DNA of 32,000 nucleotides from Aliivibrio fischeri ES114 (GTDB taxonomy: Bacteria; Pseudomonadota; Gammaproteobacteria; Enterobacterales; Vibrionaceae): NCBI RefSeq assembly GCF_000011805.1, contig NC_006840.2; one strand, 5' to 3'. Below, piece by piece: positions 20,148 through 30,328 of the stretch; the stretch's first letter is position 1, and every line of letters starts with the position of its first letter. The translations under genes and the position numbers were made by a program. The notes below the pieces were generated by a model. That model worked only from the letters and a program-made list of their open reading frames with translations. It ran no database searches and was not told the origin of the DNA.

Positions 20148-21404
20148 CTAAGCATTTTGATTTTCTGTTCTTACTGTTTTTTTGTGTTCTTCTTCAACCA
20201 TCGCATCAACGATCACTGCACACGCCGCATCACCTGTAATGTTTAAGGCTGTACGGATCATATCGAAGATACGATCTAGTGCGAATAAGAGTGGTAAACC
20301 TTCGATTGGGATGCCTGCCGCTAATAAAACTGCGACCACTAAGAAAGAAGGACCTGGAACGCCAGCTTGGCCAACAGCACCTAGAGTTGAAGTCACAATG
20401 ATAGCGATGTAGGCGCCAATAGATAGGTCGATATTGAACAGTTGAGCAAAGAAGATAGCAACTAGGCCGTAGTAAATTGCGTTACCTGACATGTTAATGG
20501 TTGCACCAAGCGGTAAGACAAAAGAGGCGGTAGAGTTGCGAACCCCTAAATCTTTCTCAACGGTTTCCATCGTAACTGGTAGTGTTGCCATTGATGATGC
20601 TGTTGAAAGTGCCACAGCTTGTGGTTTTTTCATTGCAACAAGGAATTGCTTTGCAGAGGTTTTAGTAAATAACCCAACCATCAGTGGGTAGGCTACAAAG
20701 CCAAAGATAACAATAGCAGCAACGTAGACAACGAATAGCTTAAATACCACCATTAGTGCACCAAAGCCAAACGTACCAACGGCTTCTGCCATTAAACCAA
20801 ATACACCGATAGGAGCAATGATCATTACTTTGTTGATCATCCAAACCATCACATCAACAATTGCGTTAACCGCATTAAGCATTGGTTCACGACGTGTTTT
20901 TTCTAATTTAGATAAGCCGATACCAAAGAATAGACAGAAAACAAGTATTTGTAGAATATTTGCTTCATTTAAGGATTGGAAAACGTTGGTTGGGATCATG
21001 CCTGTAATGGTTGCCCAAAAAGTAGGTAGTTCTCCTTTAGATGCATAGGCAGAAGAGAACATTCCTTCTACACCTGAAACATCAATCCCTTTTCCCGGTT
21101 CAAAAATTTCACCCATAAATAGCGCTAAGGCAACAGCTAGTGCCGATGTTATACCAAAATAACCTAGTGTACTTAAACCAACTTTTCCTGCATTACTGCT
21201 GTTACCTAATCCTGCAGCTCCCGAAATAAGAGCAACAGCAACTAATGGTATAACTAACATTTTAATTAGATTAATAAAAATGGTTCCAAGAGGAGCAAAC
21301 ATGGACGCGGATTCGCCCATTGTTGCCCCAACCATGGTGCCTATAATCATGGCTATAACGACTTGAACCCCAATGTTGTTCATAAATCCTTTTTTGTTTA
21401 ACAC
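20148..21404 (-). CDS. Dicarboxylate/amino acid:cation symporter (DAACS, GltP/DctA family)
   Basis: About 410-418 aa polytopic protein with family-typical segments (LIKMLVIPLV, ASSMATLPV, LGATINMSGNA, IFDMIRTALNITGDA). The start is either GTG 21404 or ATG 21383. Confidence 0.85.
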   Translation of the reverse strand: MLNKKGFMNNIGVQVVIAMIIGTMVGATMGESASMFAPLGTIFINLIKMLVIPLVAVALISGAAGLGNSSNAGKVGLSTLGYFGITSALAVALALFMGEIFEPGKGIDVSGVEGMFSSAYASKGELPTFWATITGMIPTNVFQSLNEANILQILVFCLFFGIGLSKLEKTRREPMLNAVNAIVDVMVWMINKVMIIAPIGVFGLMAEAVGTFGFGALMVVFKLFVVYVAAIVIFGFVAYPLMVGLFTKTSAKQFLVAMKKPQAVALSTASSMATLPVTMETVEKDLGVRNSTASFVLPLGATINMSGNAIYYGLVAIFFAQLFNIDLSIGAYIAIIVTSTLGAVGQAGVPGPSFLVVAVLLAAGIPIEGLPLLFALDRIFDMIRTALNITGDAACAVIVDAMVEEEHKKTVRTENQNA

Positions 21405-21634
21405 TTTGTCTACCTCTATGTTGTGTTCTTACGAAAATTTAGTGAATAGCTCTTATTTATTATGTGTATTGTTATTAAAAATTCGGGTGTCGTTTTACAC
21501 GTAAAATTAACATATGGCAATGTGTTTATTAACTTTTGTATATTTAATTGTGTATTTATTGTTTTGTGTCGTTATGTGGTGATGTATTTTATTAACAATT
21601 TAGGAGAGGGTAATTAGGTTGGTATATATCGAGG

Positions 21635-21662
21635 AAAAAAAAGAGGCTTAATTTAGCCTCTT
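21635..21662 (-). terminator. trp operon terminator
   Basis: Minus strand reads AAGAGGC-TAAATTAA-GCCTCTT followed by T8, 22 nt after the trpA stop. Confidence 0.85.
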
Positions 21663-21684
21663 TAATCATGATTAATTAGATGTA

Positions 21685-22491
21685 TTATTTTTGTGTTGCT
21701 GCTTTCATTGACGATGTGAAGTCCGCAAGTGCTTTTAATAATGCCTCTGGGTTAGCTTGATGTTGTTCAATCAATTTAACCGTTGCAGAGCCTGAGATAG
21801 CACCTGCAGCTCCAGCTTTTACCGCTTCTTCTACTTGAGCTGGCTCTGAGATACCAAAACCAAGAATAGCCGGTGGTGCATCGTATTGATTAAGGCGCTC
21901 TAGTAATTGAGCAACAGGCATACCCGCTTTGGTTTCGGCACCAGTAACACCTGCACGAGAAAGAAGGTAAGTGTAACCGCCACCTAATTTAGCAACTGTT
22001 TCTAGTGTTTCAGGCGATGCTGATGGTGGTGCAATGAAAATAGGGTGAATACCATGTTCTATTGCACTTTCTCTGAATTCTTGGGATTCATTAGTCGGTA
22101 CATCGGCGATCAATACAGAGTCTACACCTGCTTGTTGGCATTTTGTGTAGAAGTTATCAATACCATTTGCGAAAACAAGGTTCGCATAAACTAAAAGACC
22201 GATTGGCGTATCAGGATATTTAGAGCGAATTTTTGTAATGAGCTCAAAACAAATTGCTGGTGTTGTTTTGCTATCCAATGCTCGAATGTTTGCGCCTTGA
22301 ATAGTAGGGCCATCAGCAAGAGGATCCGAAAACGGAATACCTAATTCTAATGCATCGGCACCAGCTTCAATCAGGGTTTCCATGATGTCATAAGATAGCT
22401 CAGGGTTTGGATCGCCAATAGTTACGAATGGAACAAAGGCTCCTTGATTTTTTTTCTCTAGCTGAGCAAATAGGGCTTGATAACGATCCAT
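21685..22491 (-). CDS. trpA: Tryptophan synthase alpha chain
   Basis: 268 aa. [27 protein letters not shown] and GFGIS motifs. Confidence 0.95.
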   Translation of the reverse strand: MDRYQALFAQLEKKNQGAFVPFVTIGDPNPELSYDIMETLIEAGADALELGIPFSDPLADGPTIQGANIRALDSKTTPAICFELITKIRSKYPDTPIGLLVYANLVFANGIDNFYTKCQQAGVDSVLIADVPTNESQEFRESAIEHGIHPIFIAPPSASPETLETVAKLGGGYTYLLSRAGVTGAETKAGMPVAQLLERLNQYDAPPAILGFGISEPAQVEEAVKAGAAGAISGSATVKLIEQHQANPEALLKALADFTSSMKAATQK

Positions 22492-23681
22492 TAGATTTCT
22501 CCCTTTTCTTTTAAAATGTCATGTACTGTGAAGATGTCTTTATCGCCTCGGCCAGATAAGTTTACTACCAATAGTTGTTCTTTCTCCGGTTCTGCTTGTG
22601 CAAGTTGTAATGCATATGCTAAAGCATGAGAAGATTCTAATGCTGGAATAATACCTTCATTTCTTGCAAGAATTTTGAATGCATCTAATGCTTCGTCATC
22701 TGTTACTGCACCGTATTCAGCACGACCAATAGCATTTAGGTGGGCGTGTTGTGGACCAACGGATGGGAAGTCTAAACCTGCAGAAACTGAGTATGATTCT
22801 TCAATCTGTCCGTGTTCATCTTGCATTAATGGGGCTTTCATTCCAAAGAAAATGCCTGTTTTACCATGCTTAAGTGGTGCGCCGTGTTGGTCGGTATCAA
22901 TACCTTTACCTGCAGGCTCAACACCAATTAGTTTTACGCTTTCTTCTTCAATGAAATCTGCAAACATACCGATAGCATTTGAACCGCCACCCACGCAAGC
23001 AATAACCGCATCAGGTAAACGACCTTCACGCGCTAAGATTTGCATTTTCGTTTCTTCACCAATCATACGTTGGAACTCACGAACGATGGTTGGGAATGGA
23101 TGAGGGCCTGCCGCTGTTCCTAATAAATAGTGTGCAGTTTCATAGGTTGCAGACCAGTCACGTAGTGCTTCATTACATGCATCTTTTAGCGTCGCAGAGC
23201 CTGAATGAACAGGAATGACTTCTGCACCCATTAGTTTCATACGGAATACATTTGGGCTTTGACGTTCTACGTCTTTAGCTCCCATATAAACTCGGCATTT
23301 TAACCCAAGTAGTGCACAAGCTAGTGCTGTGGCAACACCGTGTTGGCCTGCACCTGTTTCAGCAATGATCTCATCTTTGCCCATACGCTTTGCAAGTAGT
23401 GCTTGGCCAAGTACTTGGTTGGTTTTATGTGCACCACCATGAAGAAGATCTTCCCGTTTAAGGTATAGCTTTGTTTTTGTGCCTTTGGTTAAATTGCGGC
23501 ATAACGTCAATGCAGTTGGACGACCCGCATATTCTTGTAAAAGCGTCATGAACTCAGAACGAAAGTCTGGATCTTCTTGTGCATCAATAAAGGCTTGTTC
23601 TAGTTGCTCTAAAGCTGGAACTAAAATCTGTGGAACGTATTGACCACCGTATTCGCCGAAGTAGGCATCTAATTTTGCCAT
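22491..23681 (-). CDS. trpB: Tryptophan synthase beta chain
   Basis: 396 aa. [25 protein letters not shown] (PLP lysine) and GGGSNAIG motifs. Confidence 0.97.
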   Translation of the reverse strand: MAKLDAYFGEYGGQYVPQILVPALEQLEQAFIDAQEDPDFRSEFMTLLQEYAGRPTALTLCRNLTKGTKTKLYLKREDLLHGGAHKTNQVLGQALLAKRMGKDEIIAETGAGQHGVATALACALLGLKCRVYMGAKDVERQSPNVFRMKLMGAEVIPVHSGSATLKDACNEALRDWSATYETAHYLLGTAAGPHPFPTIVREFQRMIGEETKMQILAREGRLPDAVIACVGGGSNAIGMFADFIEEESVKLIGVEPAGKGIDTDQHGAPLKHGKTGIFFGMKAPLMQDEHGQIEESYSVSAGLDFPSVGPQHAHLNAIGRAEYGAVTDDEALDAFKILARNEGIIPALESSHALAYALQLAQAEPEKEQLLVVNLSGRGDKDIFTVHDILKEKGEI

Positions 23682-23691
23682 GATATTTTCC

Positions 23692-25104
23692 TTAATAGTC
23701 TCGTAATGCGCTAAATACGGCGCTTAATTTTTTATGATCTTTTTTACCCGGAGTACTTTCTACTCCTGAGTTGAAATCTAATCCGTAGCAGCCGAGTTGC
23801 GCTGCTTGTTTGGTATTATTTAATTCAAGTCCACCGGCAAGCATGATGCTGTGGTGAGGCAGTTTATTCCAATCAAAACTTACGCCAGTGCCTCCCACCT
23901 GCGAACCTACTTTACAATCAACTAACACCTTATCAGCTTGAGTTTGTGGAAGTGAAATGCTTTGAGCATCATCTGACACAGAAATGACATTCCAAATTTG
24001 AGTGTGAGTCGGTAATAAAGAGGCTAACTCAGTAATATACTCTTCGGTTTCATTTCCATGCAGTTGAATCACAGATAGAGAAAGGTCAGTGGCGTACTGA
24101 GCAACACGCTGAACATCCTCATTTTGGAAAACGCCCACATAATGTAATGCAGTTGCTTGGGTTATTTTCTTTGCGGTTTCAAAAGAAACAAAACGTGGTG
24201 ATTTTTCTACGAAAATAAGTCCGCCGTAGACAGCTCCAGAGTCATAAACGGCTTTCGCATCTTGCTCTGAAGTTAATCCACAGACTTTGTTTTCACCTAA
24301 AATAACTTTTCTTGCTGCAAGCTCTAGGTTTTTTTCTGCCATTAGTGAGCTACCAATCAGAAAGCCTGAAGCGTGCTGAGCCAGATCTTTTACTTGTTGA
24401 TGAGTATAAATACCTGACTCAGAAATAATGGTTGTACCTTTAGGCAGTAGAGGAGCTAGTTCTTTTGTTCTATTTAAATCTGTTGATAAGTCACGTAGGT
24501 TACGGTTGTTAATTCCAATGACTTTTGCGTTTAATGCCACTGCACGATGCAATTCTTCTTCATTGCTGACTTCCGTTAAAATACCCATGTTTAATGAATG
24601 TGCTATGTCTGCAAGTTCTTTGTACTGCGCATCATCTAAAACAGAAAGCATTAATAAAATGGCATCAGCAGAGTAATGACGAGCAAGATACACTTGATAA
24701 GCATCTATCATGAAATCTTTACATAAAATAGGCTGTGACACTTGATTTCGAATAATAGGTAAGAAATCAAAGTTACCTTGGAAATACTTTTCATCAGTTA
24801 GTACAGAAATGGCACTCGCGTGATTATTGTAGACAGAAGCAATGTAATTGAGATCGAAATCATCTCGAATTAATCCTTTTGATGGTGAGGCTTTTTTACA
24901 TTCAAGGATAAATTCGGTTTTGCCTGTTTTTAATGCGTCGTAAAAGCTACGGTCAGATAGACTTAATGACGATTGAAAATCATCGAGAGGTTGTTGTTTC
25001 TTACGCTCTTCGACCCAAATGGCTTTGTCTTTTACTATTTTTACAAGCACTTCAGCCATTTTTGTATTTTCTACTGAGATGTGTTCAGACAATTGCTGTG
25101 TCAT
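23692..25104 (-). CDS. trpC: Bifunctional indole-3-glycerol-phosphate synthase / phosphoribosylanthranilate isomerase
   Basis: 470 aa, colinear with E. coli TrpC(F): [31 protein letters not shown] and the C-terminal VFSALRDY. Confidence 0.95.
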   Translation of the reverse strand: MTQQLSEHISVENTKMAEVLVKIVKDKAIWVEERKKQQPLDDFQSSLSLSDRSFYDALKTGKTEFILECKKASPSKGLIRDDFDLNYIASVYNNHASAISVLTDEKYFQGNFDFLPIIRNQVSQPILCKDFMIDAYQVYLARHYSADAILLMLSVLDDAQYKELADIAHSLNMGILTEVSNEEELHRAVALNAKVIGINNRNLRDLSTDLNRTKELAPLLPKGTTIISESGIYTHQQVKDLAQHASGFLIGSSLMAEKNLELAARKVILGENKVCGLTSEQDAKAVYDSGAVYGGLIFVEKSPRFVSFETAKKITQATALHYVGVFQNEDVQRVAQYATDLSLSVIQLHGNETEEYITELASLLPTHTQIWNVISVSDDAQSISLPQTQADKVLVDCKVGSQVGGTGVSFDWNKLPHHSIMLAGGLELNNTKQAAQLGCYGLDFNSGVESTPGKKDHKKLSAVFSALRDY

Positions 25105-25108
25105 TCAT

Positions 25109-26116
25109 TTATCCTCTTGCAGCCAGTTGTTGTACCAATTCGAAGGCTTTACCTGAATTCATGGCATCGATGGCTTTTTGTGCATTAGCTTTTAGATCTT
25201 CATGGCCAAACAAGCGCATTAATAGGGCAACGTTAACAGCGATAGCACCTAATTGAGCGTCTGTCCCTTTACCCGTTAAAATATCCGTAATAATGGCTTT
25301 ATTCTCTTCTGGCTCTCCGCCTTTAATCGAATCAAGTGGATGAGTATTCAGTCCAAAATCTTCTGGCGTTAATGTGTATTCTTTAATTTTACCATCAATA
25401 ATTTCTGCCACCGTTGTTGGACCATGAATGGCAACTTCATCTAAACCAGAGCCAAAAACAACCGCAGCACGTTTCATTCCCATGTTTACCATGGTTTCCG
25501 CAATAGGACGAACCAGTGATTCATCGTAAACGCCCATAAGCTCAATATTGGGGCGTGCAGGGTTAATTAGAGGCCCAAGGATATTAAAGATGGTGCGTGT
25601 TTTCATGGTTTGACGAATTGGCATCGCATGGCGAACACCACCGTGGTATTGCGGTGCAAACAAAAAGGCAACACCCAAATCATCAACCGCTTTTCTTGTG
25701 TCTTCTGCAGACATGGCTAAATCAATGCCAAAGGAATCAAGCAGATCAGAAGATCCTGATTTACTTGAAACGCCACGGTTACCATGTTTCGCAATTTTTA
25801 ACCCACATGCTGCGGCAACAAATGCGGCCGTGGTGGAAATATTGATGGTATTTGAACCGTCACCACCGGTGCCAACAATGTCCGCAAAATCATAGTCAGG
25901 TTGAGGGAATGGATTTGCGTTCTCTAATAATGCTTTAGCAGCCCCTGTAATCTCATCCGGTGTTTCACCTTTCAATTTTAAACAGGTGAGTGCTGATGTC
26001 AGTAGTATAGGATCTAATTCGCCTTTAATAATGGCATCAAAAAGAACTTGGCTTTCTGATTCTGAAAGAGAAACTTGATCGTATAGCTTGTTAAAAATGG
26101 TTTCTATTTGAGTCAT
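25109..26116 (-). CDS. trpD: Anthranilate phosphoribosyltransferase
   Basis: 335 aa. DIVGTGGDGSNTINISTTAAFV and KHGNRGVSSKSGSSD motifs. Confidence 0.95.
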   Translation of the reverse strand: MTQIETIFNKLYDQVSLSESESQVLFDAIIKGELDPILLTSALTCLKLKGETPDEITGAAKALLENANPFPQPDYDFADIVGTGGDGSNTINISTTAAFVAAACGLKIAKHGNRGVSSKSGSSDLLDSFGIDLAMSAEDTRKAVDDLGVAFLFAPQYHGGVRHAMPIRQTMKTRTIFNILGPLINPARPNIELMGVYDESLVRPIAETMVNMGMKRAAVVFGSGLDEVAIHGPTTVAEIIDGKIKEYTLTPEDFGLNTHPLDSIKGGEPEENKAIITDILTGKGTDAQLGAIAVNVALLMRLFGHEDLKANAQKAIDAMNSGKAFELVQQLAARG

Positions 26117-26126
26117 GAGAATATCC

Positions 26127-26729
26127 TTATTCTTTATTGTCTTTTGCTGTTAGATCTAATGCCCAATTCAAGGTATTAATGAGCAGTTGTGCCCCTTGAG
26201 TCGTCAAAATGGATTCTGGGTGAAATTGGAAGCCACACACCTTGTCTTCTTCTTGAATTACGGCCATTACAAGGTCATCTACTGTGGCTGTAATGGTTAG
26301 TTCATTCGTTACTTTTGTTGCCACTAATGAGTGGTAACGAGCAATAGAGAGTGGATTTGGTAAGTCATTAAAAATAGGGTGTTGGTTATGGTTCATCATT
26401 GCTGATTTACCATGAACAATTTCACCTGCTCCGGCAACCGTACCGTTATAGGCCTCAACAATCGCTTGGTGCCCAAGACAAATACCTATCATTGGGATTT
26501 TGCCTTTTAGGCGCTGAATAACTTCAGGCATACAACCTGCTTCTGATGGTGCTCCAGGGCCAGGAGATAAAACGATAACTGGATTGTCTAGCTTATTTAC
26601 GGCTTCTTCAAAAGCGGCTGCGGTTAAGCTATTACGGTAAATCGTCACTGGGTAACCAAGAGAGCGAAATTGATCAACTAAGTTGTAGGTAAAGGAATCA
26701 AAGTTATCGAGTAATACAATGTGAGCCAT
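26127..26729 (-). CDS. trpG: Anthranilate synthase component II (glutamine amidotransferase)
   Basis: 200 aa. GICLGHQAI catalytic Cys and FQFHPES. Start overlaps the trpE stop (TAATG). Confidence 0.95.
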   Translation of the reverse strand: MAHIVLLDNFDSFTYNLVDQFRSLGYPVTIYRNSLTAAAFEEAVNKLDNPVIVLSPGPGAPSEAGCMPEVIQRLKGKIPMIGICLGHQAIVEAYNGTVAGAGEIVHGKSAMMNHNQHPIFNDLPNPLSIARYHSLVATKVTNELTITATVDDLVMAVIQEEDKVCGFQFHPESILTTQGAQLLINTLNWALDLTAKDNKE

Positions 26730-28316
26730 TATTTTGTCTCCTTAACTTGTTGCGCGGTTGCCGATAAGTGTGCTTTTTGAATGGCTGAGATAACCGCTTG
26801 TGCTTTGCCTCGTGTTTCATCAGCTTCTGCCTGAGGATCTGAGTCATATACTACGCCGGCACCAGCTTGAACTTGAGCAACACTATCTTCGACATAAGCT
26901 GAACGGATCACAATACAGGTATCCATGCTGCCATCTCCCGTTAAATAACCCACAGCGCCACCATAAGCACCACGGCGAGTTTTTTCTACATCACGGATAA
27001 GTTGCATTGCTCGAATTTTAGGAGCACCAGTGAGGGTTCCCATGTTCATGCATGCTTGATAAGCGTGAAGAGCATCGAGTTCGGTTCTGAGTTGCCCAAC
27101 CACTCGTGACACTAAATGCATAACATGACTATAGCGATCCACTTTAAGCAAATCAGCAACGTGACGAGTGCCAGCTTGCGAAATTCGAGCTACATCGTTT
27201 CGTGCTAAATCAACCAGCATCATGTGTTCTGCATTTTCTTTTGTGTCACAGCGTAATTCCAATTCGATACGACTATCTAAATCGTGGTTGATGGAACCAT
27301 CTGCATTTTTACCACGTTTACGAGTACCTGCTATTGGATAAATTTCAACTTGATTGCTGACTTTGCAATATTTAAGAGCTGATTCAGGAGAGGCTCCAAA
27401 CAGTGTGAAATCACGATCTTGCAGATAGAACATATAAGGACTTGGGTTACCGATCTTCAGTTCGCGGTAAGCGGAAAGTGGAGCAGGGCAAGGCAGAGTA
27501 AAACGACGAGAAGGAACAACTTGGAACACATCTCCTTTGATGACAAATTCTTTTAAATTTAAAACCGTTTGGCAAATCATCATCAGAGACACTTGGAACT
27601 GCATCACATTCAGTTAAGACTGGCGCTAATGGAACATCATGAGATTCAGAGCAGAATGTTTTTATGGAAGACAAACGTTTTGATACTTGTTGCTTTATTT
27701 CTTCATTTTGGGAAAAAAGCGTACCTTGTAACGTGGACTTTTGAGTTTGATGGTCAATAACCAGCAGTGTCTCTGCAATATAAAAAAGGTAATCCGGGCA
27801 CTTATTTGTTGAATCAGCATTACCTAGATTTTCAAAATTGGCTACTAAGTCATAAGCAAATAAACCGCCAAGGAATAATGCATTTGAAGGTAAGCCTGAT
27901 AAGTCGAATTGATGTTGAATAAAGCGTAATGCATCAAATGATGACAGTTCTCGAAGACGGCTGTCTTCATCTAGATCTTGATTAGCATCAGGGAAATGAA
28001 GTGTTAACAGATTATTTGAAACTGATTGAATCAATGTCGATGGTAAGCATTGAGCAAGTTGAGCTAATAATAGTTCACCATTTGTTGTCATTGCTTCTAA
28101 AGTTACGTCTTTGCCAAAGCAATGAATTCTAACAGCAGCGTCAATTAGCATTAGACTTTTTAGGTCTTCTTTTGAATCTACTTCTGCAGATTCAAGTAAT
28201 AAACTCATTGCGCCGTCAGCACACAATGTGGAATACAGCTCCGTTGGATCTGAAACGTATGGGACATCAAGGCAAAGTAGTTCAAGTTTACTATCTTGTG
28301 AATGTGATGAACGCAT
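26729..28316 (-). pseudogene. trpE: Anthranilate synthase component I, interrupted by a frameshift
   Basis: ATG 28316 is preceded by GGGAGG. The N-terminal half is in one frame, up to ...[12 protein letters not shown], with a stop at 27447. The catalytic half ([23 protein letters not shown]...[11 protein letters not shown]...) is in the +1 frame down to stop 26729. The total span of 1588 nt is 3n+1. Homology in both frames brackets the indel to about 27569-27575. Confidence 0.8.
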
Positions 28317-28508
28317 TATAGCCTCCCTGCTAATTCGTTGATCTTGTGTTAAATTATATTGTATTGGCATAGTCGCATATTTCACAGTTGTTGCCACTCT
28401 TTTGTTAAAACTTATGAGGGCTAAAAGGCGGTTTGTATATTATTTCATCGTTATTTCTCAATTGTGCTTTTGTACTATCTATCACATCATCAATGTGTAT
28501 TTCGGACA

Positions 28509-28533
28509 TAAAAAAACCCGCTTAGTTGCGGGT
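28509..28533 (-). terminator. trp attenuator terminator
   Basis: Minus strand reads ACCCGC-AACTAA-GCGGGT followed by T7. The upstream CACTACCC can instead pair with GGGTAGTG just after the trpL stop (antiterminator). CACTAC-TTTGG-GTAGTG forms the 1:2 hairpin. Confidence 0.85.
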
Positions 28534-28569
28534 AGTGGATTTATGTCAAAAATAAATTAGCACAAAACA

Positions 28570-28647
28570 CTACCCAAAGTAGTGCCACCATCGTGAGCTT
28601 ACCACTGATGTTTTTAAGATTGCTTGTTGTCTGTTAAGCTGTGACAT
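28570..28647 (-). CDS. trpL: trp operon leader peptide (MSQLNRQQAILKTSVVSSRWWHYFG)
   Basis: 25-codon ORF with tandem TGG TGG codons five codons before the stop, lying between the promoter/operator and the attenuator. Confidence 0.85.
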   Translation of the reverse strand: MSQLNRQQAILKTSVVSSRWWHYFG

Positions 28648-28698
28648 AAAGTACCTATTGTTGACCAATTTCAATTTGGTGAGAAAGTGTTTAACTGT

Positions 28699-28732
28699 GT
28701 ACTAGTAAACTAGTGCGCAAGAAGAAAGTCAA
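28699..28732 (-). promoter_or_regulatory. trp promoter (-35 TTGACT, 17-nt spacer, -10 TTTACT) with overlapping TrpR operator
   Basis: Minus strand reads TTGACT (28732-28727), N17, TTTACT (28709-28704). The near-palindrome GCACTAGTTTACTAGTAC (28716-28699) matches the E. coli trp operator core ACTAGTTAACTAGTAC. Confidence 0.8.
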
Positions 28733-28740
28733 GAATAATT

Positions 28741-29580
28741 ATGAAAATAGACCTACATAGTCACACAACTGCGTCAGATGGACGCTTATCACCCACAGAA
28801 TTAGTTGAAAGAGCGGTTAGTTTTGATGTGAAGGTGCTTGCTATTACTGATCATGACTCTGTTGCGGGTCTTGATGAAGCTCATGCGGCAATTAAAGATC
28901 AAAATTTACCTTTGCAATTGATAAATGGAATTGAAATATCGACGTTATGGAGCAATAAAGACATTCATGTTGTTGGTTTAAACTTAGATATTCACCACCC
29001 TGATCTCATTGAGCTAATTAAAAATCAAGAAGCTCGAAGAGATGCTCGTGCAATTAAAATGGCAGAACGCTTAGAGAAAGCGGGGTACGAAGGGGCATTA
29101 GAAGGAGCAAAAGCATTAGCTGGAGACGGTACATTAACTCGTGCTCATTTTGGTAAGTGGTTAGTTGATGAAGGTCACGCTAAAACAATGCAGGCGGTAT
29201 TTAAAAAATTCTTAACTCGCAATAACATAGGTTATGTGCCGCCAGATTGGTGTACGATTGAAGAAGCCGTTAATGTGATTCATAAGGCCGGTGGAGTTGC
29301 AGTACTTGCTCATCCTGGTCGCTATAAGTTAACAGCAAAATGGATAAAACGTTTATTAGCTGCGTTTGTTGAGGCAAAAGGCGATGCGATGGAAGTTGCA
29401 TTACCGCAGCAAGGGGTGCAAGAGCGTCGAGTTCTTGCTGATTATGCAATTCAATTTGAATTAGAAGCTTCCCAAGGCTCTGATTTTCATTACTCATCGC
29501 CTTGGACGGAGTTAGGGCGAAATTTATGGTTGCCAGAAGGAGTCGTTCCTGTTTGGCAAAAATGGGATATACCAAGCTGA
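28741..29580 (+). CDS. trpH: PHP-domain phosphoesterase TrpH/YciV (RNase AM family)
   Basis: 279 aa. N-terminal [15 protein letters not shown] motif, then ITDHD and AHPGRY. Divergent from the trp operon, as in E. coli. Confidence 0.88.
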   Translation: MKIDLHSHTTASDGRLSPTELVERAVSFDVKVLAITDHDSVAGLDEAHAAIKDQNLPLQLINGIEISTLWSNKDIHVVGLNLDIHHPDLIELIKNQEARRDARAIKMAERLEKAGYEGALEGAKALAGDGTLTRAHFGKWLVDEGHAKTMQAVFKKFLTRNNIGYVPPDWCTIEEAVNVIHKAGGVAVLAHPGRYKLTAKWIKRLLAAFVEAKGDAMEVALPQQGVQERRVLADYAIQFELEASQGSDFHYSSPWTELGRNLWLPEGVVPVWQKWDIPS

Positions 29581-29653
29581 AATAGAAAATGGATTTAGTA
29601 TACAACTAAAATAAAAACCAAATATCACTATGACCTGCTAAGCAGGAGGGATT

Positions 29654-30274
29654 ATGAGCCAATTTTTTTACGTACATCCAGAAAACCCACAAGCACGTCT
29701 AATCAATCAAGCCGTGGCGATTATTCGTGATGGCGGTGTGGTAATTTATCCAACAGATTCAGGTTATGCGTTGGGTTGTCAACTTGAGAATAAACAAGCA
29801 TTAGAGCGAATCTGCCAGATCCGTCGCTTAGATGACAAACATAATTTTACGTTACTGTGTCGTGATTTATCTGAGCTATCTATTTATGCTCGTGTTGATA
29901 ACAGTATTTTCCGATTACTTAAAAATAACACGCCAGGCGCATACACTTTTATTTTTAAAGGAACAAAGGAAGTGCCTCGTCGTTTAATGAACCCAAAACG
30001 TAAGACCATTGGTATGCGTGTACCGGATAATAAAATTGCTCTGGATCTGTTAGAGGCGTTAGGTGAGCCACTGATGTCTACAACATTGATTTTACCGGGT
30101 AATGAAATGGCAGAATCCGATCCTGAAGCAATTCGAGATCAATTAGAACATGCCGTTGATTTAATTATGAATGGTGGTTATTTAGGTGAACAACCAACCA
30201 CAGTAATCGACTTTAGTGATGATGATATTAAAATTGCTCGAGTTGGTGCTGGTGATCCAACACCGTTTGAATAA
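29654..30274 (+). CDS. yciO: YciO (Sua5/YrdC/YciO family, threonylcarbamoyl-AMP synthase-like)
   Basis: 206 aa, with the family pattern (YPTDSGYALGC, FTLLC, PGAYTFI, RVPD) and the conserved position after trpH. Confidence 0.88.
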   Translation: MSQFFYVHPENPQARLINQAVAIIRDGGVVIYPTDSGYALGCQLENKQALERICQIRRLDDKHNFTLLCRDLSELSIYARVDNSIFRLLKNNTPGAYTFIFKGTKEVPRRLMNPKRKTIGMRVPDNKIALDLLEALGEPLMSTTLILPGNEMAESDPEAIRDQLEHAVDLIMNGGYLGEQPTTVIDFSDDDIKIARVGAGDPTPFE

Positions 30275-30292
30275 TTAATAAATTATCGAAGT

Positions 30293-30321
30293 AGCCAGAC
30301 AGTTGTTCTGGCTATTTTTTT
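30293..30321 (+). terminator. Rho-independent terminator after yciO
   Basis: AGCCAGA-CAGTTGT-TCTGGCT, then A and T7. Confidence 0.8.
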
Positions 30322-30328
30322 ATCGGTG

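Noticed and set aside
21493-21506. Palindrome TTTTAC-AC-GTAAAA, with flanking TGTCG...CACG, upstream of the symporter gene; considered as a CRP or other regulator site.
   Set aside because: It is a poor match to TGTGA-N6-TCACA, and short AT-rich palindromes are expected by chance in this AT-rich spacer. There is insufficient evidence to call a site.
22675-23103. A 142-aa plus-strand ORF antisense to trpB. Similar 60-107-aa antisense or alternate-frame ORFs lie inside dinG, yfcA, hisD, hisF, hisI, trpC, trpD and the symporter.
   Set aside because: They lie wholly inside well-supported conserved genes, have low-complexity or atypical composition, and have no start context. These are typical shadow ORFs.
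27447-27607. Programmed ribosomal frameshifting as an explanation for the trpE frame overlap. A +1 slip at AAA AGA A within GGTTTTAAATTTAAAAGAA was considered.
   Set aside because: Homology to TrpE in the downstream frame already begins upstream of that site, at TVLNLKEF. The frame change must therefore occur in TTGCCAA, which has no slippery or hungry-codon features. The -1 frame hits a stop immediately. A mutational indel or sequencing error is the simpler explanation.
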